Part shown: piece by piece, positions 63,311-64,000 of the stretch
How positions within the stretch are numbered: position 1 is the stretch's first letter
How the letters are laid out: each line of letters opens with the position of its first letter
NCBI GenBank assembly: GCA_030141605.1
Contig: JAQGDQ010000412.1
Span: 124,001 to 188,000, forward strand
DNA length: 64,000 nucleotides
Source: Tubiluchus corallicola
Lineage: Eukaryota > Animalia > Priapulida
Reading direction: 5' to 3'
The notes under the pieces: generated by a model
Seen by the model: the letters and a program-made list of their open reading frames with translations, nothing else
What the model was told of the DNA's origin: nothing
Database searches by the model: none
Made by a program: the position numbers and the translations under genes

Positions 63311-64000
63311 TTAACATCCCTTTGGTTGAAATTTAAAAAGTTTGGCGTTCTGCGCATTATTCAGCGCATAAGATGGTGCTCGTTTTCACCAATAGAAAAA
63401 GGCACCCTCTGCCAGGCCCCTATAGGCCACGCCCATTGTTTAGAAGATTGTGGCGATATCTGTTGACCGAAAACGACACTAATCAACGAGATTTCATTTT
63501 TAAACTTTGTTAGAGATTTGAAATACAACTTACCAGACCACTGAGTTTAATATTTTGATCATTAGCCTTGACAATGTCACCATTTTCTTTTATTTCTTCC
63601 TGCTAATGGCAACGTGCTTTTCCGATCGTTATAATTTCGAAATAAAGTTCAATTAATTACTGCATTTAATTACAATAAGCCTTTTCACGCGCTTTTGCTG
63701 TAGGTCAGAAGTTGCATTTATTCAGAATAGAATTGATTCTATATTGCAATTGTTTGCAATATTTAGCCATATAAGCCTTTTTACAGTTTCGTTGTGAACA
63801 CGCCCAGTTGCTCAGTAGGTCAAAGGTTAAGTGTACCACAGCAACGCATCTAAATTACAACCGTCACGTGACATGTGGGTAAAACAACTGATCCGTCTGT
63901 CGCATCAGTTCAGTAGCTTGAGTTGCTTTCCTTAAACCTTCTTTATGCATTAGTCTGTACCTAGAGTGATTTGCTAGCAGGATCTTGCTTTGGAACAAGA

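Overview
AT-rich, repeat-dense animal (probably invertebrate) genomic DNA with one assembly gap (5938-6661). Main contents: (1) 1-8.3 kb, a + strand gene fragment built from tandemly amplified 150-nt phase-1 exons, each encoding one calcium-binding EGF module, including copies with a GA instead of GT donor, stops or a frameshift. (2) 9.3-12.8 kb, an internally deleted BEL/Pao LTR retrotransposon, with a third inverted LTR copy at 54.8-55.3 kb. (3) 16.6-22.4 kb, a minus-strand family-B/adhesion-like GPCR with a somatomedin-B domain; its intron after the signal-peptide exon holds a 48-bp minisatellite that is in frame with both flanking exons and carries repeated phase-1 donor-like sites. (4) 30-54.6 kb, a mosaic of local duplications that interleaves intronless DEG/ENaC channel copies (one intact, two partial) with intronless HS 3-O-sulfotransferase-like copies (two intact, two broken), including a channel-sulfotransferase chimera. 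(5) A 5S-rRNA-headed, RTE-tailed SINE with an 11-bp TSD, a clean hAT-type MITE, several LINE remnants and many satellites. (6) The first coding exons of an Ig-domain (nephrin/Kirrel-like) gene at 61.4-62.5 kb. All family calls come from motifs recognised by eye; no database search was run.
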